DNA from: an uncultured Verrucomicrobiales bacterium
GTDB lineage: Bacteria; Verrucomicrobiota; Verrucomicrobiia; Verrucomicrobiales; DEV007
NCBI GenBank assembly: GCA_938091905.1
Contig: CALKOM010000110.1
Span: 1 to 23,198, forward strand
DNA length: 23,198 bases
Direction: 5' to 3'
The notes under the pieces were generated by a model that made no database searches, was not told the DNA's origin, and saw only the letters and a program-made list of their open reading frames with translations. Made by a program: the position numbers and the translations under genes. Shown one piece after another: positions 8,204 to 18,700 of the stretch (position 1 is its first letter; every line of letters starts with the position of its first letter).

Positions 8204-11200
8204 TTACTCGTCCAACTGAGCCACGAATCGAGAATAATAGGGATTCGAACCGTCATCTGGTGGGTTCACGGTCCAAACTAGGCGCTCTCCGCTCGCCGAC
8301 GGTTGTGTAGAGGCGTCGCTCACATAGGTCTTTCCTGTGCCGTCACCGTTGTAGAACCAGGACACGAGGTCTGGCGAAACCTCGAGTCGATATCGGATGC
8401 CCTCTTGCGACTGAACTACCACTTCCACCTGCAGGGCCACTTGCCCATCCCCTTCAGCATAAGAAGTGGTGATCCCCTTGGAGCTTAATCGATCACGCGG
8501 GTCCGTTCCGAAGACATGTTCCAGGAGATTCGCGAGACGATCGCCGTCAGGATCTGCCATTGGGCCACTGAGCAACGCATCCGCACGTTCCGCTTCAGTG
8601 AAATTGTCCTTCTGCCAAGTCTCAAATGGCGTGTCCTGCTCAATCTGTCGGAAGACAGCCGTAACACGACGAGCGGCAGATATAGTTAGGCTTAGCGGGT
8701 TGCTCGTGCTTCCATCACCATCATCGTCCCAGCGCACAAACTCCCATTCAGGAGCAGCGGCTGCCGTAATACTGACACTTGCGCCATCAAGATAGGATGA
8801 CTGCTCTGGCGACTTAGAAACCGTTCCTTCACCACTGGTGAAGACCTCCACGGCAAACCATTGCTTGAACACTGCCGTGACATTGGCATTCCCATTCATA
8901 ACCAGACCCGTCGGATTTGCTGTCCCAGAGACGGCCCCCACCCAGTTCACAAAGCTCCAGCCATCCGCCGGCGTCGCCTTCAACATGACTTGCTCGCCAT
9001 TCTGATAACTCGGCTTGGCCGGTGAGGCGATAACCTGTCCGCTACCTTGACTACTCAGAGCTAATAAACTGAGAGCCTCAAACTGCGCAGATATCACGGT
9101 GTCTGCCTGGACAACCAATGTCAGAGGGTTAGCATCTCCGCTCGCGCCGCCGGTCCAGCCGACAAAGCGGAATCCGGGTTGTGAGGTGGCCGTTAGGACA
9201 ACTTGACTACCACTTCGATAATCGGGTAGCAGCGGAGAGACCGAGACGCTGCCGCCCGGCTGAGCATTCGCTGTCAGATTATAATGATCTACAAAGGTTG
9301 CTGTAACCGTCTTCCCAGTATCCATCGTGACAACTAAGCTCGTCTGTGTGCCAGAGGCACCGCCGGACCATCTATCGAACGCAGCATTGCCTAACGGAGT
9401 AGCCGTAAGCGTGACTTGCTCGCCAACGTCGTAGACATCTCGGTCTGGCGTAATGACAATATTGCCAGGACCATTCACCATCGTGGTCAACGCTACTTGC
9501 TGCGCAAAGATCGCCGTTACCGAGCGGTTTTTATTCATAGTCAGGGCACTAGGATTAATCTCCCCTGTCAGGTCCCCTTCCCAACGCACGAACCGCGTTC
9601 CCGGTGCTGGCGAGGCCGTTAATGTGACTTGCGTCCCCTCATCGTATATTGGCTGACTGGGACTTGCACTGACAGTACCACCAGAAGCGACTACCGTGAG
9701 CGAATAAGTCTCAATGTTTTCTTCAAAAACCGCTTCCACCGAAACGCTTTCATTCACGGTCAAGACAAACGGCACAGCGCTTCCGCTGGCACCACCCACC
9801 CAGCGAACAAACGACCAACCTGGCGAGGCCTGTGGCGTCAGGGAAACCATCTCTCCGGACTCGAACTCCAGTTTGTTCGGAGTCAACGACACCGTTCCTT
9901 GACCTTGAGAACTCACACTGACCACTAATCGTCCAGGAATACTACCTGGACTGCCACCACTTGCGGAAGATCCTATCCAACTCGCGACTTCGTCGCCAAA
10001 AACCTCCGCACTGACACGCTCCAGACTTGGTCCCTGACCATCGGCCGACACCGGCCACGGGTCTTCATCATCAAATTCCACCGCATCCACAACAATCATT
10101 GGCACCACAATCTCGCCATTCTTCTCGGTCGGACTATCCGGACGGAGAAGCTCCAGGCGTTCACCTCCATTATCGATAGCACCGCCCACTGGCCCAAACA
10201 CTTTCAAACTGGACGCAATGCCATTGGCAACACGAAACACACTCGGGTCTCCCTCCACGACCAATGCCGTCTCACCTGATGCGAGTGACTGTCCCGTGGG
10301 GAAATTGTAGTCCATGCCGTCCACTCTCCACGTGTTCTCTGGATTCTCCGAATCATAGAGCAATACGGACTCGCTGGATATGTTCCAAATTTCTACGTAT
10401 TCACCAGTTGTCGAAGCAGGATTGTACATGACTTCGCTGATCACGATATTGGGACGCAACGGCTCAGCATTAGCACTGCCCAATGTCGATATCGACGACG
10501 CGGGATAACGAATGTCACCGTTCGAAACACTCAACCGTCCAAAGGATACTCCATTGGCAGCTCCCTTAAATCCAAAGCCATCACGGTAGCCCGTCAGTCC
10601 TGCGCCATCAGCGGAATAGAGATAGACTTCATCCCCCGTAGAACTCAGAGAGAACGCGCTGCCAAAGTATTGGTCTGGGAGAGACGCATTGTTGTCAGGA
10701 TCTGCATCGTTGTCCTCCTCGACGACCAGATACCCATTGGCGGGAACAGAAGTCCCATTCGGCAAGCGGTACTTGGTCGGTGTATTAGAATTATCGGTGA
10801 GGTACCAACCACCGACTTCGACGGCCTCACTGGTAGGATTGAAAAGTTCAATCGCATCCACTTGAGGCCAGTCCGTGTGGGTGAGCACTTCATTGACGAG
10901 AATACCCGGCACGCCTTCACCATCACCAAATCCAGGACTACCACCTTCCGAACTCGCCCCCCAGGAATCGGACGTCTCCGGATCGGGATTGCCATGCGGG
11001 TTGATGATAATCAGAGACAAACCGAAACCATCCGCGGCAGCGGGCCACGGCTCAGCATCGTCATAGGTGAGACTACGAACCAAACCTCCAGACGTATCGT
11101 TGATCTGAAGGGTTTCTCCTCCATTGCTCAGACTTCCTGTGTAGACCCCTGCGATCCTGGCCGTAGTACCATAGCGAAACTCAAAAGCAGCGAGATTCTT

Positions 11201-14200
11201 CACGAGCACTACGCGCTGCCCAGGATCAATGATAGCTCCGGCAGTTTCTGCAAAATCAAAGGTAATGCCGTCAGCAAACTGATAGCCAACTAAGCTGATT
11301 GGCTGATCAGAAATGTTCATGAGTTCCAAGTATTCAAACTCATCTGCGTCTGTGAATCCTGCGGCAATCTCAGCGGCCGAAGAATCCCCTGGGTTATACA
11401 TGATCTCCGAAATGACCAAACTGTCCGACGACGCGGGCAATGCTGAGATGACAAACGCCGCCGAATTCAGGGCACTCCATTCACCATTCTGTAGGGTACG
11501 AGCGTTCACTTCGGTGAAGGTCGATGGCAATGTTACTGACGAGCCACCAAAAACCCGATTCCCCACCAACTCAGGCAGAAGAAGGAAATCCGAACTTCCT
11601 AGGTTGTCGTTGAGTCCTTGAAACGCCAGCACGTTTGTTCCTGCGACAAGCTTATCAAGATGAGCTGTCAGATCGAAGTCTACAAACGTCACCGCCACTT
11701 CATCTCCGTGTAAGCCCGTGGCTTCACTATTCCATGCGAGACCACCTGGAGCATTGAAACTCGCGACTTCCTGACCATTCAGAAAGGCGACAAAGCCATC
11801 TTCAAACATCAACCGCAAGGTGAGCCCTTGGAAAGCATTTGGGTCTGCTACCGAAAACGTTGACCGAATGTAGATAGACGTATTCACGTCATCCAGCGGC
11901 CCGCGAACATCGAGATCGATTAGCGAGTCATACGTCGTGTTCTGATCATAGCCAACGCCACCACTACCAGAAAGCCAGCTACTGTCGTTGAAACTGACAT
12001 TTCTCCAAGACGTTCCTAAATTGCCGTTCGCAGGCACAAACGCACGGATTCCACTAGAGGGAGCATAAAGCGTCTGCGAACTAATCGCTCCTTCGTCTGC
12101 CGTCTGCGCACTGCTAGAGACAGAGCCATTGGCAGTGCGAGGATCCCTCCCGTTAGTGGTGTAGTAGATTGTTCCCCCAGTTCCGGAGAATCGCAGACCA
12201 AAGTCACTTGGCACGTTGCCTCCGTGCTGATGAAAGACAGGGGCCGTGACGGATGGATAGAGTGGCGCATCTACCAAGCCATTGGATGAGTTGCCGCCAT
12301 TGTAGCGGCGCGTGTTGCGCAACTGCCCTAGCAGAATGCCTGGTCGGCTTGTAAGATAACTCCGGACACCGTTCACAGCATTGAGCCAATCAGACCGCGT
12401 ACGAGGATTATCTCGCTTCGAGTCTCCCCATCGAGCAGACTCAGCGATGATCGCTTGATCAATCACGGCCGCGCGGGCGTTCACACGATCAATAGATTTG
12501 GTGGAAGTCAGAATGCCCCCGTTAAAAAACAATTCGTGGGCACGGTCGCCAAAAGCGATTCGGTAGGCGTCAACGGACATGAGTTGCTGGTGGATCCACT
12601 GAGGATTGCTGTACTGCTGCGTCTGTCCGGCCGGCCAAGGACCATTCCGGTTCTCGATGTTCGCACCTCCACCCGTACCCAACGAATGCTCACAATCATG
12701 CGCGAAGAACTGGAAGCCAAAGTCACCCGTGCGATTCCACACACTAAACCAGTTGTTCGGCCGGTCATTGCCCAGGAAATTCGAGACTGGTGCATCATAA
12801 CTACCAACGAACAAGATGACCATCATGTAGTCGATCAGGTTGTCGACATCAAGGTAGACTGGGAAAGACGCATTTCGCGTTCCGTTAGTATTCAACCCTT
12901 GCAGTTCCTGAAATATGTTGAACCGCGTCGTCGCATTCGAACTCGCTGCCATCGTGTTGGCGCGGGCCCAGAAGGCCGCCCACCCCGCCATCTCGCCATC
13001 AGTCGCCTCGATGGTGTAGCCTCCGGCACTGCCGGCAGACTTGACCACATCATAGTCATCCGCATCTCCACCGAAGTAGGTTTCACCGAACGATGCTTCC
13101 GCACGTTCTTGAGACATGTAGAGGCCCCAGTAGATGCCATTGACATACAAATGATAATAACGACTTCGAGTATACGATCGTCCCATGGCTTTCTGAGAAT
13201 CCCTCGCAAAGACTTCCCTCATGAAAGTGTTGTTGCTCCCTCCCTGGAAGGACCAGGAGTAGTTCTGCGCCGTCCGCAGATCCAAGTTCTTGAAACGATC
13301 CGCACCTTCCCCTCCAAACACCGGATACTTGAGATCACCCCCGTACTCGTCACGGAAGAAGAGTCGAAAGGCATGCTTGGGATTGTTCCCGCTTCGACTA
13401 AAGCCTCCCCGAATGCGCAAGCCCGCATCAATCTGGAAGCCATCACCTCCGTCCTTCTCTAACAATTCGACTGAAGAGGCACGCTCCCACGCCCGCCCTC
13501 GACTTCCTGCGTGAACATAGATGCCATCAGAGGAATCGAAGAGGCTGTCAGGATCTGTCACCACCGAGATGGCATCGAGACTCTGCAATGCCGACCGCAG
13601 TTCCGCAGTGGTCGTGCCAACAGCTCCGGGGCTATCCATGCCATAGTCGAGCACTTGGCCGTTCACGGTGCCCGTGGGCCAACCGCTCGGCGGCGTGCTC
13701 CCCTGATTCACAACGTCATTGATAAACAGGTAGGTCTTGGTTTCGACAGGACTTGCAGTGTAACTGTTCTGATACGCGATCGCCCGCAGGACGGTGGTCT
13801 TGTTTACCGTAATCGGGCTGGAATAGAGCGTACCGCTGGTCGATGTTGGCTCCGTGCCATTCGTTGTATAGCGGATCTGCGCACTCGGAGTGCTCGTCGA
13901 AAGCGTGACCGGCATCGAGGAGCTATACAAACCTCGTTCAACACTAAACTCCACATCGGCAACCTGCCCAAAGGACGATACACTCGTATTCGGTCCACCC
14001 GGCGTGGGGCTAGCAAGAATTCCCGGTGCCCCACTCCCCAGCGTACCTGCGCTGAGAATTGGATTGATCAAAAAAGTGTCACTGCTGGACGACGCATTGA
14101 GTCCCTGGATGGCGAGCACATTAGTGCCAACCACTAGCAGATTCTTGCTCCCCGTGAGATTGAACGCTTCCTCGGATTGGCTTGCGGCAGCAGACCGCGA

Positions 14201-15619
14201 TGCCGTGGCGGCACTGTTCCAGGCGACCGAAGGAGGTGCATTCCGACGCGCCACCTCCGTTCCGTTGAGATAGGCGACAAAGCCATCATTGTATTGCATA
14301 CGAAGAGAGAGACTATCAATGCTCGAGAGACTCGTCACCGCAAAGGGCACGCGAATGTAGGCCGTGGCATTGTTTCCTAACATAGCGTCTTCCAGACCAC
14401 CTCCAGCCGCCAAAGGCTCTCCAGAGGATAGAGCCGCTATCTCATTATTGCTAAGTGGTTTATCAAAAATCGCAACCTCATCGATTCGCCCATTAAACCA
14501 GCCTTGGTTTCCGTTCGATCGCCCAATAGCAATCGTGCTGTTGTTTGATAGCGCGGCATGGCCACCCGTCGAATTGTCCAAGACACCGTTCTGAAACATC
14601 GTCTGCTCACCGTTGTTGTAGCGCCAAGCCAGATGCGTCCACTGCCCTGTCGACAGTGTCTGACTCCCCCCGGAAGTATCGTTGCCCCAGAAACCGAAGT
14701 GGTTCTTGTTCCCACGTGTGGTCAGATGAAGCGCTGCAGCATCTTGACCAAGGATAGTGTTATCCCCATTCGTGTTGTCCAAGCGGATCCAAGCTGACGC
14801 TGTGAAGTTTCCTTGGAAACCCAAGGTGTTCGCTGCCCGTAGCGTGACGTGATCATTGGAACCGTCAAAGTCTAACACCGTCCCCAAGCCACTCTTTCCG
14901 CTAACCCAATCGGACGAGTTCATATTGACAAGCGTGCCGTGATGATTGTTTCCAGATTTATCTAACAACGTCGTGCCAGTGCCCTCTTCGAAATCATAAT
15001 AGGCAACCAAGCCATCGAGCGACGGACCACCTACAGCGCCAAAGCCCACCTTGGTCTTAAGATCTTGCCAGGACGCATTTGGATTGAACGTGCGACTTAT
15101 CCAGCTCGTACCAAGAGCTCCATTGGTCGGAACGAGCACGTCGGCGGCAGCTCCCTCATCGATGAATGTCGTCCCGCTAAATCCCAGTCCATAACTCTCG
15201 TCATCTGCCATGGCAGAGAACTGCGGCGCATATTCATCGACGGTGGTCACACCGTCAGGCATGATAACACCAAGGTAGTCTCCGCCCGCAGACAACCTGA
15301 AGTTTGTGTGCAACTCGCCGGAAACGGGATCACGATCCTTGCTAGATGCGAAGACTACAAGGAAGCCGCCAGGCTGAATAGTGACCGCCGGGAAGGTCCA
15401 TTTCGACAAGTCAGCCGGGTCATCCGTGAGATGATAACCACCGAGATCCACGGAACTTGGACCAGAATTGTAGAGTTCCAACCAGTCAGACGAGTCGCCA
15501 TCAGCATCGACTAAGGTCGTTGCATTGGAGGCCTGAACCTCCGAAATGATGAGGGCAGCTTGTAGGGCGTGGGGAGCGAGAAGAAGGATGGCGGCGAGCA
15601 GGGGGAATATCAGCCTCAT
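8204..15619 (-). CDS. Giant secreted protein: 4 lamin-tail domains, LamG/ConA domain, 2 galactose-binding-like jelly rolls, Fn3-associated/CHB_HEX_C-like domains, CotH kinase domain, 6 InlB-B-like repeats, C-terminal domain
   Basis: Signal peptide MRLIFPLLAAILLLAPHALQA. LTD motifs ISEVQASN..DWLELYN, ISEIMYNP, VNEVLTH..DAIELFN and ISEVMYNP. LamG motifs LVAYYDFEEG and FNGRIDEVAIF. IRYTTNGTEP. CotH motifs GLRIRGGFSR, KHAFRLFFR, YVNGIYWGLY, NNW, HDCEH and ESARWG at about 12330-13560. Confidence 0.92.
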   Translation of the reverse strand: MRLIFPLLAAILLLAPHALQAALIISEVQASNATTLVDADGDSSDWLELYNSGPSSVDLGGYHLTDDPADLSKWTFPAVTIQPGGFLVVFASSKDRDPVSGELHTNFRLSAGGDYLGVIMPDGVTTVDEYAPQFSAMADDESYGLGFSGTTFIDEGAAADVLVPTNGALGTSWISRTFNPNASWQDLKTKVGFGAVGGPSLDGLVAYYDFEEGTGTTLLDKSGNNHHGTLVNMNSSDWVSGKSGLGTVLDFDGSNDHVTLRAANTLGFQGNFTASAWIRLDNTNGDNTILGQDAAALHLTTRGNKNHFGFWGNDTSGGSQTLSTGQWTHLAWRYNNGEQTMFQNGVLDNSTGGHAALSNNSTIAIGRSNGNQGWFNGRIDEVAIFDKPLSNNEIAALSSGEPLAAGGGLEDAMLGNNATAYIRVPFAVTSLSSIDSLSLRMQYNDGFVAYLNGTEVARRNAPPSVAWNSAATASRSAAASQSEEAFNLTGSKNLLVVGTNVLAIQGLNASSSSDTFLINPILSAGTLGSGAPGILASPTPGGPNTSVSSFGQVADVEFSVERGLYSSSMPVTLSTSTPSAQIRYTTNGTEPTSTSGTLYSSPITVNKTTVLRAIAYQNSYTASPVETKTYLFINDVVNQGSTPPSGWPTGTVNGQVLDYGMDSPGAVGTTTAELRSALQSLDAISVVTDPDSLFDSSDGIYVHAGSRGRAWERASSVELLEKDGGDGFQIDAGLRIRGGFSRSGNNPKHAFRLFFRDEYGGDLKYPVFGGEGADRFKNLDLRTAQNYSWSFQGGSNNTFMREVFARDSQKAMGRSYTRSRYYHLYVNGIYWGLYMSQERAEASFGETYFGGDADDYDVVKSAGSAGGYTIEATDGEMAGWAAFWARANTMAASSNATTRFNIFQELQGLNTNGTRNASFPVYLDVDNLIDYMMVILFVGSYDAPVSNFLGNDRPNNWFSVWNRTGDFGFQFFAHDCEHSLGTGGGANIENRNGPWPAGQTQQYSNPQWIHQQLMSVDAYRIAFGDRAHELFFNGGILTSTKSIDRVNARAAVIDQAIIAESARWGDSKRDNPRTRSDWLNAVNGVRSYLTSRPGILLGQLRNTRRYNGGNSSNGLVDAPLYPSVTAPVFHQHGGNVPSDFGLRFSGTGGTIYYTTNGRDPRTANGSVSSSAQTADEGAISSQTLYAPSSGIRAFVPANGNLGTSWRNVSFNDSSWLSGSGGVGYDQNTTYDSLIDLDVRGPLDDVNTSIYIRSTFSVADPNAFQGLTLRLMFEDGFVAFLNGQEVASFNAPGGLAWNSEATGLHGDEVAVTFVDFDLTAHLDKLVAGTNVLAFQGLNDNLGSSDFLLLPELVGNRVFGGSSVTLPSTFTEVNARTLQNGEWSALNSAAFVISALPASSDSLVISEIMYNPGDSSAAEIAAGFTDADEFEYLELMNISDQPISLVGYQFADGITFDFAETAGAIIDPGQRVVLVKNLAAFEFRYGTTARIAGVYTGSLSNGGETLQINDTSGGLVRSLTYDDAEPWPAAADGFGLSLIIINPHGNPDPETSDSWGASSEGGSPGFGDGEGVPGILVNEVLTHTDWPQVDAIELFNPTSEAVEVGGWYLTDNSNTPTKYRLPNGTSVPANGYLVVEEDNDADPDNNASLPDQYFGSAFSLSSTGDEVYLYSADGAGLTGYRDGFGFKGAANGVSFGRLSVSNGDIRYPASSISTLGSANAEPLRPNIVISEVMYNPASTTGEYVEIWNISSESVLLYDSENPENTWRVDGMDYNFPTGQSLASGETALVVEGDPSVFRVANGIASSLKVFGPVGGAIDNGGERLELLRPDSPTEKNGEIVVPMIVVDAVEFDDEDPWPVSADGQGPSLERVSAEVFGDEVASWIGSSASGGSPGSIPGRLVVSVSSQGQGTVSLTPNKLEFESGEMVSLTPQASPGWSFVRWVGGASGSAVPFVLTVNESVSVEAVFEENIETYSLTVVASGGTVSASPSQPIYDEGTQVTLTASPAPGTRFVRWEGDLTGEINPSALTMNKNRSVTAIFAQQVALTTMVNGPGNIVITPDRDVYDVGEQVTLTATPLGNAAFDRWSGGASGTQTSLVVTMDTGKTVTATFVDHYNLTANAQPGGSVSVSPLLPDYRSGSQVVLTATSQPGFRFVGWTGGASGDANPLTLVVQADTVISAQFEALSLLALSSQGSGQVIASPAKPSYQNGEQVMLKATPADGWSFVNWVGAVSGTANPTGLVMNGNANVTAVFKQWFAVEVFTSGEGTVSKSPEQSSYLDGASVSITAAAAPEWEFVRWDDDGDGSTSNPLSLTISAARRVTAVFRQIEQDTPFETWQKDNFTEAERADALLSGPMADPDGDRLANLLEHVFGTDPRDRLSSKGITTSYAEGDGQVALQVEVVVQSQEGIRYRLEVSPDLVSWFYNGDGTGKTYVSDASTQPSASGERLVWTVNPPDDGSNPYYSRFVAQLDE
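8650..9931 (-). repeat. Six tandem ~71-aa divergent InlB B-repeat-like (bacterial repeat) domains
   Basis: Consensus G.GTVS.SP....Y..G.QV.LTA.P..GW.FV.W.G..SG..NPL.L.M......V.AVF, repeated six times. Confidence 0.85.
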
Positions 15620-15736
15620 AATAACAATTAAATATGGTAATTATATAGTAAGCTCGAACGCAGCTTAGGACAACCTCCATGTTACGGCCCGGTCAGACCG
15701 ATCTTTCAACAACTGACGGCACCTCCTCAGACGACA

Positions 15737-15766
15737 AAGGGCGAAGCCGTCGCCGACTTCGCCCTT
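15737..15766 (-). terminator. Hairpin, probable intrinsic terminator downstream of the CBM9-like gene
   Basis: Minus strand AAGGGCGAAGTCG-GCGA-CGGCTTCGCCCTT then TGTCGT: 13-bp stem with one G-U pair, GNRA loop, short U tract, 31 nt after the stop codon. Confidence 0.7.
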
Positions 15767-15797
15767 CATGAATCCTGCGTCGGAGTGCTAGTTACCG

Positions 15798-18700
15798 CTA
15801 AGGTTGTATCCCGCGATAGTAGCCAGACGCCCCACCCGTTCGCCCGGCATCCGTGTCTTCATAGGCACCCGTCGTTCCTGGTGCGATGGATTCCCATTCG
15901 ATCAGGTCCGTGGAATATTGAATGTCGTAGGTTTCGCCATCGGGCACGCTGAACGCAACACCACTAGCAGTGCGGTTGACGCTTGTGAGAGGAGGTAATC
16001 CATCACTCGTAACAACATCAAGATTGCCGGCAGCCACATCGAGAGGAGTTGCTCCTTTGGAGAGCGCTTGTACTTCCTCGGCCGTCAGTGCCCGACTCCA
16101 GATGGAGATATCATCCATCGCCCCAATGTAGTACTGATCAGTAGCCCCTTGAAGCCGTGATCCAAACGTCACATCGGTGCCGCCATTGGCTTCGCCAGCG
16201 GTGTCTACTTCAACGGTTGTTGAGCCTGTGCCTCCCACCTCCTGCAACTCGCCATCTATATAATGAACGAGATCCTGCATAAACTGTCCGCCTTCAGGAA
16301 AGATCGACACCACATGATGCCAGACGTCATCGTTCACAACCTGAGTACTAATGTGAAAGCTTCCTTGGATCTCTGTCCGAATGGCACCGACCGGACCGTT
16401 GTTAGCGTTCTCATTCAGCCGGAAGTGCCACTTGAGCCCGGTCTCACTCGTGCCCCAGGCAACGTTTCCGCCAACACTGCTAACACCCCAATCCGTCTTC
16501 ATCCAATAGGAAATGGTCCGCGGGGCAGCTCCTCCGATGCCCTTCCAACCAGCAATAGTCAGGTCATCATCTCCGTCGAATGCCAAGGCGCCTCCACTCT
16601 TGCCCGCAACCCACATGGGTTCACCATTGCGGAAAGCCGCATCACGGCCATTACCACTTCCATCTCCAGCAACCGTGCCGGTGCCTTCATCGAACGACCA
16701 ATAACCATCGAGGCCCGTCGGAGGGGAATCACCACCAGCAGCCCAACGGATAGAGTTCACGAACAACTGCTTGCCCTCATCCGTAAGTGAATCAAACGAC
16801 GAGTCCGTCATTGGGAACGCCACCCGTCGCGCCGGCGACACGTTGTCCGTCACACCTGCCCCCTCGGCCACAGCCGCACCTGCCTCAGTGACAAAGAGCA
16901 TGGCAAGATCCGCTATGCTGCCATCAGCAGCAGTTCCCACGGCCTCGGTTCCAGCCGAGAGCGAAGAGGACCCTAACGTTTCCGCACCAGCCCCAGAGAA
17001 GAAATCGATCGTAGTTCCAGCCAAGTCGCCCGCGATCAGATGATCCGACAAGGCCATCCGAACCGTATCGGTGGACTTGGTCATGGCCACTGAGCTTTGG
17101 CCAAACTCGCCATCGCCAGCATCCATGATCGCTTCTTCCCAGTTCACAATGGGCACGGCCGAGTTGTGGAATTTGCCGCGGACGGAGCCTGACCCGAAAG
17201 TCGAAGACATGATGATCACGTCAGCAGTTTCTGAGCCATCCGTGGCGCCGGAGTTCTGGTAACGTACGTTGTCTGCACCAAACGTCTCACCAAGGAACGC
17301 TAGCACGTTGGCATCAGCTCCCGTTTCACCAGTATCATCCGCTCCCAAGACAAGGAGATCGAGCGGTCCGTCACCGCCTGTTGGCACTGTTAGCGTAATG
17401 TCGTCTCCTTCGGTCCGCCCGACATTGGAGGCAGAGATGAAGCCCCCAGCGGCATCTGTTAGAATGAAGCCGCTGAGACCGGGATCCACACCGTTGTCCG
17501 TGCCTGAAACAATCATGATTTCCTGAGTCGCTCCAGTCGCTGTGAAGCTCCCGATAACAGAACTATTCCCCCGAGGGAAATCGCCACTGACATTCGTCCC
17601 ATCAGACGCTGCTTGATTCCGCGTGTTACAACACCCTCGTGTATCACCTGCCCCTAATAGTTGCACTTGATAGGACTCACCAGCTGTCAAGCCGTCAAGC
17701 GTGATCGACGCGCCAGCGCCATTCCACCCATGGCTATTATAGATTGAGTCCAAGACATCATCCCCTGTCGTACCACCGTCTCCCGTCCAGAAGGTACCTT
17801 CAGCGTTTCCGCCATCGTAAGCAAATGGCGTGAAGGTAAGCGATGGCCCACCAATCAGATCCTCCACCGTCGTATCCAAGTTCGGCGCTTCCCAGGTAAT
17901 CTCAGCACTCACAGGACCGACTGGCGGTGCCGTTCCTCCAATGACTTCGCCAGGATTCGCCATGAGGAATTGGATCTCTTCGCCCGACAACACACGATCA
18001 TAGATCTGCACGTCATCAATGACACCGCTAAAGGAGAGAACGCCGGCAAACGAACCGATGAAGATCGGATTCGAATTCGATAATTCAAGCGCGTCCGGTT
18101 CATCCTGGCTCGCGGCTTCCACCCCATCCACATAGATGGCAGCTCTGTCAGCGGTCCAAGTCACCGTAACAAAATATGACTGGCCAGCGATCACAGCACC
18201 AGCCGGTGTAGAGAACTTCGCAGAGTCTCCAACGAACCAATCGAGCGCATCTCCCGTGAGCAAGAGTGCGAAGGTGGGATTTCCGTCATCACCTTTAGCC
18301 ACGATCGTCTGCGAGCCGGCATTCGCGGATGCGTTGACCCAGGTAGAAATCGTGAACCCATCTGGAGTCCCTAGCGCCGATCCATCAGCTTGTCCGTAGT
18401 TACTACCACTCACCTCCATCGCAGTTCCACTCGCCAGCGCCTCAACGCCAAGCGTGGGGCTGCTAACATAAACCCCGCCATTTCCGAATCCCGTGATGTC
18501 CAACATATCCGTAGCACCGGCTGCCTCATCCAAGGCATAATGAGCCTTGGGACCACTTAAATTGACCACACTAGCCGTGACGTCGACCAATCTTGTCTGA
18601 TCATCAGCATCCACGTCATCACTAACAATCTCAAGAGTCGCGGCAAAGTCACCCGTACGACCTTCTGGACTGAAGGTAAACATGATCTCACCAGAAGTCT

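Noticed and set aside
12455..13462. 335-aa plus-strand ORF and other long antisense ORFs inside the large genes
   Set aside because: They lie antisense to well-supported domains and show no recognisable motifs.
15649..15667. Small inverted repeat TAAGCT-N7-AGCTTA upstream of the CotH gene
   Set aside because: The arms are only 6 bp and no second copy was seen; it could be an operator but cannot be told apart from chance.
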